Shown here in pieces: positions 21,735-32,775 of a DNA stretch of 64,000 nt. The translations under genes were made by a program, and so were the position numbers. Numbering within the stretch: position 1 is the first letter of the stretch; every line of letters begins with the position of its first letter. The notes beneath the pieces are model-generated. The model was given only the letters and a program-made list of their open reading frames with translations. It did no database searches and was not told where the DNA came from. Source of the stretch: Hormiphora californensis (Eukaryota > Animalia > Ctenophora); assembly GCA_020137815.1 (NCBI GenBank), contig CM035359.1, forward strand, positions 6,262,001 through 6,326,000. The letters run 5' to 3'.

Positions 21735-23021
21735 ATGCACACTATGAGTATTAATGACGTAACGATAACGAGTAAAGATGAGTTTGATAGAGCTCTTAAA
21801 GCTCTGACTTATAATAGGTGTAGTGGTGAGCATGTCTTAGATCGTCTTCGGGTGGGTGGGGATGCTCCTTCGTTCAACAAAGACAATGCCTGGGAACTTC
21901 TCTGTGCTGCTTATTCCTTGATTCCAGACAACTCGAGGGTGAGATTTGATAGTGGTGTTAGTTCTGTATTGGACACGTCCCTGGTGGGGAGTGTAGCGGA
22001 TGTACTGAAGGAAAGTTTTGAGAGTCTGAAGATGGAATTACTGGCGGTGGTTGAGCAGAAGGTGGAAGACAAGGTGAGTGAGCTGCATGGAAGAAAGGAG
22101 GAGGTTGTAGAAGACAAAGGTCCGATTGCGCCTGTGAGGAGGTATGTTGACATAAGATTGGATAACTGTGATGCTGAAGGTACGGCCCCGGTCTGTCCAA
22201 AGACGCAGTGGACGGAAGTTGTAAAACCCCAAGTGGAGAAAGCTTTGAAGGGAGTTCCTGTGTTGAACGCGGTAGTGAACAAAGGTAGTGTGCGGCTGTC
22301 GTTCCAGAATGAGGACCAACTGAAGGAAGCCAATAATGTTTTACCACCAGCACTTGGTCAGGAGGTTCAGATGGTCACAGAGACGAAATCGCTTCTTGAC
22401 CCGAGAATTTCAATTGGCGATCTTGGGCAGGATTTGCTTGACAAGGAGACGTTAATCTCGGAGATAACTAGTGGAAAGAATGAGGAAATCAAGAAGCTGG
22501 TGGATCAGGGTGCCAAGGTGAAAGTGGTTCATATGAATCCTGCTGGAAGGTTTGCAGTTCTCCAGGTAACTCCAGAAATAAGGAATGTAATCGCCCAGAG
22601 AGGAGACAAGGTATTCCTGAAGCTGAGACAGTATTCAGTCAGGGACAGGTATCATGTGGTACAGTGTTTTCACTGTCAGGAGTTTGGACATGTAGCAGGA
22701 TCAATCAGATGTACAAAGAAGGATGGAGCTGCGGTGTGTGCTTTCTGTGCTGGAGATCATGAGACTCGGAGTTGTGGTCACAAGAGGAGGAATGATACAG
22801 GGAAGATGAACTGTGTTAACTGTCAGAAGAGTAATGGCAGAGAGGACAGGAGACATGCTAGGTCACATCTTGCATCCAGTACTCTGTGTCCGTTCTACAT
22901 TAATGAGCGAACAAAGCTTATGGAGAAAACAAGTGGAGTGAAGAAAGAGGCAAAAAACGGTTATCGGACGAGGGCCATGGAGGAGCTGAGGAGAAGAAGA
23001 ATTGGAGGATTGGGACACTAA
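21735..23021 (+). CDS. LINE ORF1, gag-like protein with three Cys/His zinc knuckles
   Basis: CFHCQEFGHVAGSIRC, CAFCAGDHETRSC and CVNCQKS...HLASSTLCP; 428-aa open frame. Confidence 0.9.
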   Translation: MHTMSINDVTITSKDEFDRALKALTYNRCSGEHVLDRLRVGGDAPSFNKDNAWELLCAAYSLIPDNSRVRFDSGVSSVLDTSLVGSVADVLKESFESLKMELLAVVEQKVEDKVSELHGRKEEVVEDKGPIAPVRRYVDIRLDNCDAEGTAPVCPKTQWTEVVKPQVEKALKGVPVLNAVVNKGSVRLSFQNEDQLKEANNVLPPALGQEVQMVTETKSLLDPRISIGDLGQDLLDKETLISEITSGKNEEIKKLVDQGAKVKVVHMNPAGRFAVLQVTPEIRNVIAQRGDKVFLKLRQYSVRDRYHVVQCFHCQEFGHVAGSIRCTKKDGAAVCAFCAGDHETRSCGHKRRNDTGKMNCVNCQKSNGREDRRHARSHLASSTLCPFYINERTKLMEKTSGVKKEAKNGYRTRAMEELRRRRIGGLGH

Positions 23022-26000
23022 ATGTTCATTCTCTTATGAATAAGACTGCTGGAGTGCTCACTCACCTGGAAGAGAAGGCATGCGATGTGTGTCTTGTCCA
23101 AGAAACTTACCTGAAGTTAACAGACACTGCGAAGATACAGGAGATTAAGGAGAATGGTTGGAACATTTACTCGAGCCCGAGGAATGAGAGGTCTGGCGGA
23201 GGTATTGGAGTACTTTATCGAGATGGAGTGATGGTGAAGTTGGCACCGGTGAAGTATAAGTTTAAGACCTTCCAAGTCCAGGAAGTGTTGGTTGGTGGAG
23301 AGGATGATCTGGTGCGACTGTGCAATGTTTACAGGCCACCTTACAACGGTAAAGCAAGGTTTACTGAGGCTAACTTTCTTGATGAGTTCAATGACTACCT
23401 CTCTGACCTTCTGATGAAAACTGGAAGTCCACTGATTATGGGCGATTTTAATTTTCAAGTACAAGACTCCAGTAACTTCTACGCGAAGAAACTCCTCAAC
23501 CTTCTGGACTCGTTTGATTTTGTCCAGAATGTGCCGCTATTGCCTACCCATCTTCGAGGAGGAACTCTGGATTTGATTATCTGTCAGCGTGGCATGGCCA
23601 GTAAGTTGGGGAACCTGAGGATATTTCCAGATGGCACGATGTCGGATCACTATCTGGTAATGGCGGAGGTAAAGTTAGCTTCTGAAGGAAGATATGTTTC
23701 CCGGGAGAGGATGAGTGTCTACCATGATTTTAAGGCTGTGGATGTAGAGGTCTTCCGGAATGGGCTGAGGGATCTGTGTTTGGAAATTCCAGATGACGTG
23801 ACACCAGAAGAGGCTTTGTATCTGTATGATCGGGCTTTGAAGGAGGCTGTAGAGAGATTTGTCCCGACTAAAAGGAGAAAATCGGTGAAGAACTTCAGGC
23901 CCTGGAGAGAGAGACAGGATGTTCGAGACACCCTGCGGGAGAGAAGGAAAGCGGAGAGAGCGTGGGAGAAGAATAAAACAGGGCTAACGAAAGCACGGTA
24001 CAGGGAACTCCAAAGACAGTTTGAGAGGATTGACAAAGAAGCAAGAATGGATTATGTAAAGAGGAAGTTGGAGGATGTGAAGGATGATCCTGCTGGACTT
24101 CAGAAAATGCTAAGTCGACTCCTTGGAAAGAAAGAGACACTACTACCGAGTGGACTATCTGACAAGAAGCTTGCTGATAACTTTGCACAGTTTTTCTCTG
24201 GAAAGATTGATAGGATACGATCAGCTGTACTCGAAGAGCAAGAGGCTGGGGCTGGATGTAGTGGTAAGGGGGAAGGTTTAGGAAGAGAAGATGTAAGTGG
24301 AACTGGAAGTGGCAGTGTGAGTGGTGAAGGTGTAAGTGGAACTGGAAGTGGAGGTGTGAGTGATGAAGATGTAAGTGGAACCGGAAGTGGGAGTAGTGAA
24401 GATGTAAGTGGAACAGGAAGTGGGGTGAGTGGTGAAGATGTAAGAGGAACTAGAAGAGGAGGTGTGAGTGGCGAAGATGTAAGAGGAACTGGAAGTGGTG
24501 GTTCATCGAGGCCTGACTGTGAACTGAGTCAGTTTGGAGAGATCTCGCAGAAAGATCTTGTTCACATTGTGAAGCAGATGTCATCTAAGTCGTGTGATCT
24601 AGATCCAGTTCCAACGTGGCTGGTGAAGGATTGTCTAGAGGAGTTGGCGCCTGCTTTAACGACTATCATTAACAAGTCACTGTGCAGAGCTTCAGTACCT
24701 GAGCCCCTGCAGAGAGCAGTTGTCATGCCAACGATAAAGAATCCGAATGGAGATAGAGATCTTCTTGCCAACTATCGCCCTGTGTCAAACATTGCATTTG
24801 TTTCAAAAGTCTTGGAAAAGGTGGTATTGAATCAAATGAATGACTATCTACAGAAGAATGACTTACTGAATGCCAATCAGTCGGGCTACCGTACGGGTCA
24901 CAGCTGCGAGACTCTTCTGGCTGGAATGTTTGATGACTTGCTGAGAGAACTTGATTCTGGAAAAGTGGCGGCACTCATGCTCTTGGACATGAGCGCAGCT
25001 TTCGATACTGTAGATCATGAGAAGCTGATGGAGGTGCTGGAGGTGAGGTTTGGAGTGAAGGGAAATGCACTTGGGTGGTTTAAGAGTTATCTGAGTTCCA
25101 GGAGTTACAGAGTGAATGTTCATGGTGAACTCTCGGAGGTCATCGCTCTCATTTGTGGAGTACCACAGGGATCTTTGTTGGGTCCTGTACTGTTCCTGTT
25201 GTACATAGAGGAGCTACAGGATATTGCTAGACCGTATGGTCTAATGATAAAGCTGTATGCAGATGATTCCCAATTGTATGTTGGACTTGTCCCAACGGAT
25301 AGTGAAGGGTGGAAAGGTACGAAGAATAGTATTGAGGAGTGCCTTGCTTCCATTAAGGACTGGATGGTGCAACATTGGCTCAAATGTAATGAAAGTAAGA
25401 CTGAGTTTGTTCTTCTTGGAAAATCAAGTTCTCTTGAGAAGCTGGTATTTGATCCGGAAATCAGGTTTGGAGGTACAGTGCTGCAGCCGATGGAATGCAA
25501 AGGTAGCACAGGGAAGACTCTAGGAATACTTCTGGATGAGCATCTCACCCTGGAGAGGCAGGTGAACAATGTTAAGAAACAATGTGGATTGCAACTCAAG
25601 AACCTATGGCAACTCAATAAGTGTTTGGATAATAGCACACGGATTCTTCTTGTGAAGCAATTAGTCATATCAAAGATAGACTACTGTAATATCCTGTACT
25701 TTGGACTCCCTAAACGGATTCTGAACAACCTTCAAAAGGTTCTGAACTCCTGTGTACGGTTCATCTATAACTTACGAGGACATCAGGATAGCTATGATGA
25801 GTATTTCAAGGAAGCTCATATCCTCCCAATACAGCAGAGACTAACCTTCAAGGCCTGCCTGTTAGCGTACAAAATTGTACGTGGAACAGCTCCGGAGTAT
25901 TTACAGGAACTGGTCCCTAGAGACGATGATATTCTGGGTATGAGACCAACGAGGGCGAATTCAGTAATTGACTTCTACAAACTGAAATATCCTAAACTCT

Positions 26001-26191
26001 CGAGCGTTAATGCAAACTCTAAACTGAGGAGGAGGAGGGTTTCGGTGTTTCTACCGACAGTTTGGAACTCCTTGCCTTTGGACCTGAGATCTGTACACCC
26101 CATTGAGTTGTTCAAATCTAAGTTGAAAACCAGACTTTTCCTTGAAGCGTTCCCAGCTCCTACCCCTGAAGACTCCCGGTGTGGCGTCTGA
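22952..26191 (+). CDS. LINE ORF2: apurinic-like endonuclease plus reverse transcriptase (first ATG at 23036; frame open upstream)
   Basis: APE motifs IGTLNVHSL (upstream of the ATG), VQET, YRPP, MGDFN, TLDL and SDH. RT motifs YRPVSN, QSGYR, LLDMSAAFDTVDH, GVPQGSLLGP and YADD. Confidence 0.93.
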   Translation, partial: KKRLSDEGHGGAEEKKNWRIGTLNVHSLMNKTAGVLTHLEEKACDVCLVQETYLKLTDTAKIQEIKENGWNIYSSPRNERSGGGIGVLYRDGVMVKLAPVKYKFKTFQVQEVLVGGEDDLVRLCNVYRPPYNGKARFTEANFLDEFNDYLSDLLMKTGSPLIMGDFNFQVQDSSNFYAKKLLNLLDSFDFVQNVPLLPTHLRGGTLDLIICQRGMASKLGNLRIFPDGTMSDHYLVMAEVKLASEGRYVSRERMSVYHDFKAVDVEVFRNGLRDLCLEIPDDVTPEEALYLYDRALKEAVERFVPTKRRKSVKNFRPWRERQDVRDTLRERRKAERAWEKNKTGLTKARYRELQRQFERIDKEARMDYVKRKLEDVKDDPAGLQKMLSRLLGKKETLLPSGLSDKKLADNFAQFFSGKIDRIRSAVLEEQEAGAGCSGKGEGLGREDVSGTGSGSVSGEGVSGTGSGGVSDEDVSGTGSGSSEDVSGTGSGVSGEDVRGTRRGGVSGEDVRGTGSGGSSRPDCELSQFGEISQKDLVHIVKQMSSKSCDLDPVPTWLVKDCLEELAPALTTIINKSLCRASVPEPLQRAVVMPTIKNPNGDRDLLANYRPVSNIAFVSKVLEKVVLNQMNDYLQKNDLLNANQSGYRTGHSCETLLAGMFDDLLRELDSGKVAALMLLDMSAAFDTVDHEKLMEVLEVRFGVKGNALGWFKSYLSSRSYRVNVHGELSEVIALICGVPQGSLLGPVLFLLYIEELQDIARPYGLMIKLYADDSQLYVGLVPTDSEGWKGTKNSIEECLASIKDWMVQHWLKCNESKTEFVLLGKSSSLEKLVFDPEIRFGGTVLQPMECKGSTGKTLGILLDEHLTLERQVNNVKKQCGLQLKNLWQLNKCLDNSTRILLVKQLVISKIDYCNILYFGLPKRILNNLQKVLNSCVRFIYNLRGHQDSYDEYFKEAHILPIQQRLTFKACLLAYKIVRGTAPEYLQELVPRDDDILGMRPTRANSVIDFYKLKYPKLSSVNANSKLRRRRVSVFLPTVWNSLPLDLRSVHPIELFKSKLKTRLFLEAFPAPTPEDSRCGV

Positions 26192-26804
26192 GTTGATCAC
26201 CGGACTCCCCATCTGTCAGTAGGCGGTCTTTAGGTGTGCTCACCATTTACACTTAGGGCTTTTTATCAGTATTGTTGAGCTGCTGATAAGTGTGGGTTGT
26301 TGGCTTTGTTCCCTTTATTTAATAAAGTCTGTATTTTTTCCATCTCATCAGTTTTTTGAAAGTTATGTGACCAGTTATCTTTTTAGTATATCTACAATTA
26401 GGAGTGAGTTTTTCCAAAGTGTGTAAGAATATAAGGATCTTTTTTGCGTTAGGTATACCGCTCTGAAGCTCGTCAGTGTCAGGTACAGTTTTACTTATCT
26501 GGCCCTGTCGTGTCTGTGGCGGTATACAAAACTTAATATTATTATTATTATTATTATATATAATACTATAGAGATCGGGGGCAAACAGTTCAGACACAAA
26601 TTTGAGAGAAAATGTTTTATGATCAGGCAGCAAAATAAAGGGGGGTGCGTGGTCATGACTCATATATAGGATCTCACAGCGAAGGTAAACCTTGCTATTT
26701 TCTAACGCACGAAACAGAGCTTCTAGCTAGGCAAGGTAAACCCTGTGTACAGCTGTACTAGCGTGCAACAAAAACCGACATGTAAACTATCATTTATGAT
26801 TTAG

Positions 26805-27060
26805 ATCGTTTGCAACTCATGTTACCTTGTTAAACCGTTATAGTTGATAGCTCGAGAACAGGATAAACCCTGCCTAAACAAGCTTTTTCGATTATAATCG
26901 AAATCAAACTACCTCAAACTACTTTTGGACATGCCATGTCCACAAGTAAACTATCGAGACTTAGGCAGAGTTTAACAGCTGTTCTCAAGCTACGAAATAA
27001 ATATATTTGAAGCGTATCAACTAACCGTTTAACAAGTTAACATGAGTCACAAGCGATCGC
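26805..27060. mobile_element. Degenerate inverted-repeat element (old MITE)
   Basis: GATCGTTTGCAACTCATGTTACCTTGTTAAAC...CTGCCTAA is imperfectly mirrored by TTAGGCAG...TTTAACAAGTTAACATGAGTCACAAGCGATC. Confidence 0.5.
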
Positions 27061-29371
27061 GACACGCGTGATTGGGTGATTCACAGAGCCACGCAAATTT
27101 CCCTTTGCTGATCAAATACTTGGGCAAAACGTACCCTCTTTCTATTGGTCCTGCTATTCTATCCTCTTTCTCTCTATCTCTTCCCTCTCAATATCATCTC
27201 TCATGCGCTGTGCTTGAGGGGATTGGTCATGGTGTTATACTACAGAAAAACTTTCAAGCTAATTGCAAAATCAGTACCTGTACAAGTCTAGAAAATAATC
27301 ACTCACATGTGCTCACATATATATATACGGGCCATATATATCTTCATAAAGATGAAAGGAGAGATGGAGTCGAAAGAGGGAGACAGAGAGACAGAGAAAG
27401 AAAGATAGAGAGGTAGAGATAATATATATAGAGCGAGGGAGAAGAAGCTGAGCGAGACTAAGCGAGAGAGCCCGAGAAAGGGAGAGAAGAGAGACAGGTA
27501 CTCTCTGATGATAACTAAGATGAAAGAGGGGTCGTATAGTGATTGAATGTGATTTGTCTTGTTTTGTTCAAACCTTTTTATTTTATTTTATAAAAAAAAA
27601 AGGTTTTGTGTTTTACTGATTTTGTAACGCGCAAATAAGACGCCGCGCAGAGCAAAAGCCAAAAAATGGCGGCGCGCGCCCTAAAAACTGAAAGAACCGT
27701 GCGCGTTTTTCATCCATGCTTTTTTGTTTCGCGTTTTTTTGTTTCGCGTTTTTTTTGTTTCACGTTTTTTTTGTTTCGCGTCTTTACTTTTTTTGTTACC
27801 AAATAAGTTTCCATAACAACCCGATCCAGGGTAATCCATTCTCACAGAGTTGGTGAAACAATTGATTTCATGACCTTCATTCACTTTGCCTTGTTCGACC
27901 TTGTTCGACCCCGTAGTCAAAGACAGCTTTCGCGAGACTAAGAGACTTTGCCGCACGCGCGCGATTATAAGAACGGGGTATCTAAAACGACTAGTAAACA
28001 GCGTCAGCACTCGCTGCACGACAAGTGTGTTCCCGCGTACGCGGAGCGTAGAAGTGTTGATTATTTCTAGAACAAGACCCTCCTCACCGTCGCGGGGCGC
28101 GGGGAGGGAGGGTCGAACAAGGCAAGATTTGTCTAGGATAAGTAATTGCTTTTGTTCCCTCTAGCGACGTGGTCTGAACTTGAAATTAAGTAACGAACGG
28201 ACAAACCAACTGTATAGTCAAACCTCGATTTACCTCAGACTTTATGACAGGTTGCAACACCGTTCTAGGTCGTTTGGCAGAGTTTGGTACGCTATAACCT
28301 AGAGCCACACACACAAACCTCGATTTACCGGACTCCTCGGCGCAGGGTAAGTAAATTATCGAGTCCGGTAAACCGAACAGGAGCTTCTGGTAATTCGAGG
28401 TATGGCTATATTACATAGTTCGCCTCCCATAATCTAGTGTGCGCACAGACTGTCCATGCGTGATCATGTCCATTATTTTGACCAAGTCGCCAGCGTATCA
28501 AAATTAGTCGGGTTCAATGGTTTTCGATATGTTATGAATTAGTTTCAGTTTTTACTCTCCAAGCTTGGTCAAATGTCCAAGTTTTGTCAGTATGTGCGAC
28601 TTGGTCAAAATCTTGCCCATGCCCATAATGTGAGCGCCCATACAGGATGATCTAAAACTAGCGAAATCTAGGTAATCTATGGATCTCAATATTTTGATAA
28701 CGCGAGAGATTTGATTCACTCGAAAATGCACTCAGATGGTATCGGCGGAACCAGACAGATATAAGTTATATTATAAGGTATAATAATAACGATATAAGCA
28801 AAATACAACAAACCAATAGTAATTAAGGAGCTGTCAAAGATACTACTACTCCGAATTCGCCGATGGTATAATTACCATGGTGATCAACTACTTCCTTGAC
28901 CACCTAACTCCCTTTTAAGATTTACTTCGGAAGTAAATCTTAAATCTTCCTCTCTAGGAATTAGACTGGCAAGGGGTTACTTCGTAACCAAGAATTAGAG
29001 AGGTCGGAGATATTAATGAACTGTCATGTGGAGACAATTTAGATGTCAGTGACATTTGATTGAAGAAAGCTCAAATTTGTCGACGAATATAATTCCATAA
29101 ATGTCTATGTCTCATCAGTAAATAAGAGCGGCGGAAACTAAAATCAATAAAAAACTAGTTGCGATTAAAAACCCAATATTAGATTGTATTAGGACATATT
29201 ACATAAGCATTTATTGAAAAATGAAGCGATAAGGCTAAGAGGAATGGAGTCATCTCAACTGAGAAGGAAATCAGTCATTTTATCTGGCATTGCCAGACTG
29301 GCAAGATGAAGTGGAAAGAACTGACAAAACGGAGAGATAGACATTTATAGAGTCCTAGCTGTATAGAGAAA

Positions 29372-29497
<126 letters not shown>

Positions 29498-29980
29498 TAT
29501 CATCCGATAGCATCACACTACCCTCCTGGAGGTATGCTTGTTGGTGTAGAAGATTTTCTACGTGTGCCGGTGGAACCTATATTATACGAGCGGCAAGCAG
29601 TAATCTCGCCAATGAATGCAATCGAGACGTGGAGGAGGCACCGGTAAGGAGAGGGACAGGGAGACAGGGGAGAAATAAAAGGAGGGACATATAGAGAGCA
29701 AATAAATTTATAAAATGAATTCAGACAGAGTGAAGGTATAGGAGTAAGAGTAATGATGGAACTACAATAAACGCAGTAAAAACAGAAAAAGAATCTTCCA
29801 GCAGAAAAAGACTCTTCCAGGCTAGCTACTATAGGTATACCGTTGAAAGACGTTCATCATATGATATTCTATTGCTACTACTACACTATAATACTACACC
29901 GCCGCGGCCCCCTCTCAGATCCCACACACTATATTGCTTTTATGGTTACCCCCTTGAGACTCCGACGAAAGTGAACAAGG

Positions 29981-30020
<40 letters not shown>

Positions 30021-30738
30021 GGAGAGAGAGAGAGAGTGATAGAGGGAGAGAGAGAGGGTGATAGAGAGGGAAAGGCAAGGAACGATTTGTGAAATGAGAT
30101 TGCTACTGCACTGGTCGGGTTATGTTATATAGGCTTCCATGCTCATATTATAATGGGTCAAAAGTAAAAAAAACAACAACTGCACAGGTGGTCATACCAT
30201 ATTGGCCTAACCGCGAGAATTGCGGTCAGAGCATTGGCCTGACAATCATACCAGCTGTAGATCTGCTGTTTTGTGCAGATAATAGATTGCTTAGCTGGAC
30301 AGTCTAGTATCTTGATTAAAATGGGTTTAAACAAAACAAATAAAAGATACATTACTGGAATCCAGGCACCTGACGACAGAATACCATCCGATGGTATTCC
30401 GTCGTCTATAAGAGCCTTTAAATAGAGTGTTCTTTCAACATTTACACTGCAGGGGCCATACCTATATATAGTATAAAAGCTGCCGTTACTTAATCAACGT
30501 GGTGGCAAAAAATTGCCTGGCTAGACTGTGTTTCGGGCGCCCTACCTTTACAAATGTAAAGGGAGGGTTAGAACATAACAAGCAAAAAACACGTGTCACC
30601 AAAGACAAAATATTAAACGAGTAGTTTTGTTAAAAGCTCCAAATCACTTTTATTAGTTGACCACAGCTGTCACAAGCACGTGCCTTATAAAACTATTAGT
30701 GTCACCAAAGATTTTTAAATCACATGCCCAAGAGAGAG

Positions 30739-30819
<81 letters not shown>

Positions 30820-31100
30820 CTCTAAAATCTAGAAGCTACGCGGATCGATATATTACCCGTGCCTTCTCTGCCTTCTAGAATAATTTATAATTTAACATAA
30901 TATATATTGTGACAGCACGATATAGGGCTGTGATTGGTCAAGCTTGCACGTCTTCTTACGGTATTTCATGGAAACAGTTGCTACTACAAGCAGCCTTGTA
31001 TGTTTTGAATTCACCGCACCATCTTAGTGAATGGAGATTAAGGGGTAGCAGATAAACAAAATATATGGTTGTGGAAATAGAGAGAGGGGGGAGAGAGAGA

Positions 31101-31169
<69 letters not shown>

Positions 31170-32775
31170 GGGGGACAAGAGAGTATGAGAGCTTGCATCT
31201 AAGAGCACGCGTCACCCAGGCTAAACCAATCAGAATGAAAGATGGTGGGTGGTTGACCAATGAGCGACCAGAGATCCAGTCACGTGACCAGCTACCGTCC
31301 ATTCATTAATCTTAATACAAATCCACTGCACACTTTACGTTACACTATTCCATCCAGGGTCCTAGTCAGGGGCACTGCTCACCCACCTACCACAAGATAA
31401 CTAACGTAGCGGCTACTAGATGAGGCGAGGAAGAGAGGGATGGAGGAAAGAGAAGAGAGAGAAGGAGGAAAGAGGAAAGAGATGGGGGTGAGAGATGTCA
31501 GAGTAGGACAGGAATTGAAATTTATAAATTATAATGCATAATAACACTTTTGTCAGCTGATCGTTGTATCAATATAACGCGTTACGGATTAAAAGGAATA
31601 AAATATTTAAATTTATAAGGATGATAAATGATATAACATGTACTATCGACAATTGATAAAAATAGGGATGAACTATGAAGTGAAGAACGGAGAACTTATT
31701 ACACAGGTAAGTAATTAAAATTCGATACGTGATCTTGATCTTGAAACCTTCTATTAAATTGAGTGATAGCTGCATTTTTTCTAAGAAATTGGGAAAACTA
31801 AAGAGAGCAAGAAAGATGATATACTTATCATGATATATCATGATATTGATGAATGATAAGTTTTCAGGGGGGTCACTAATAAATGATAAGCTTACAATGC
31901 TGATAAAGGTGTTTTATTTGAAACCAATATTGAAAATTGAATGCTAGTAAATAAAATATGTGCATATGCATGTCGCTCAAGTAATATATGATGGCCTAGT
32001 ATAGCAGCAGTGAAAAAAAACGAGAGAGAAAACTCTGTCAGTATTATTATAGTCATCACAACGTACGTGTTCTTTTAGTAATGGACATGATTAGAAAGAA
32101 GGATAAAGATTCAAAGAGATTCAAAGATTCAAATGATGATGGTTTTTAAAAAAATGGGAAATATCAAATTTTTGATAGATTTCAAATATTTTAACTTGAA
32201 TTCTTTAGAGTTTATGTCTACCGGTATAATATACCTAATTCTCCCCCTATTTCCCCATCCCCCTCTCAAGAGAGAGTTTCACGTGGTGGTGCTATATTAC
32301 GCTGTTATCAGCACAAGTGTTAGCTTACATCTCTCTTATCAACATGCACGTGCCCCTCCCCGGTATTGCATGTCCATCCACGTCACGTGGTCACGTGATC
32401 TGAATCCTGGCCTGTGATTGGTTGAAGTGGACAAGCAGAAGGAACCTCATTGGCCGAACAACAGCCAAGTGTATTGGAGATAAGAGGTGCAAATTTGAAC
32501 GATGCCTGCTTTTGCGTGCTGTACCTTACAGTGAGATTTAATATTTTCCTTTTGCTTTGGATTACCATTTGAATATTTCATTGAATAACAATTTCAACAC
32601 AAGTGGTAAAACCACTTGTTTTCATTTGAATAATGAATATACCAGGCAGCTTCTCTGACACTGTATCTCTAATCTTTTATCCGTGTGATACGTGAGAGAA
32701 GGCATACACTTTAACCTACGGATCACTTCCCCATCACGTCATAATTCATATATTCTTAGGAGAAGTTGAAACAGA

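Larger units (their letters stand above)
21584..26560 (+). mobile_element. Apparently full-length LINE, L2/CR1 group
   Basis: Two intact ORFs. Starts after a (TA)n tract (~21525-21583) and ends ...GGCGGTATACAAAACTTAAT(ATT)n at ~26535-26560. Clade assignment inferred from the RT-domain style and the (ATT)n tail. Confidence 0.88.

Noticed and set aside
23019-23039. TAAATG stop-start coupling for ORF2
   Set aside because: This ATG is in the ORF1 frame and closes after 5 codons; it is not in frame with ORF2.
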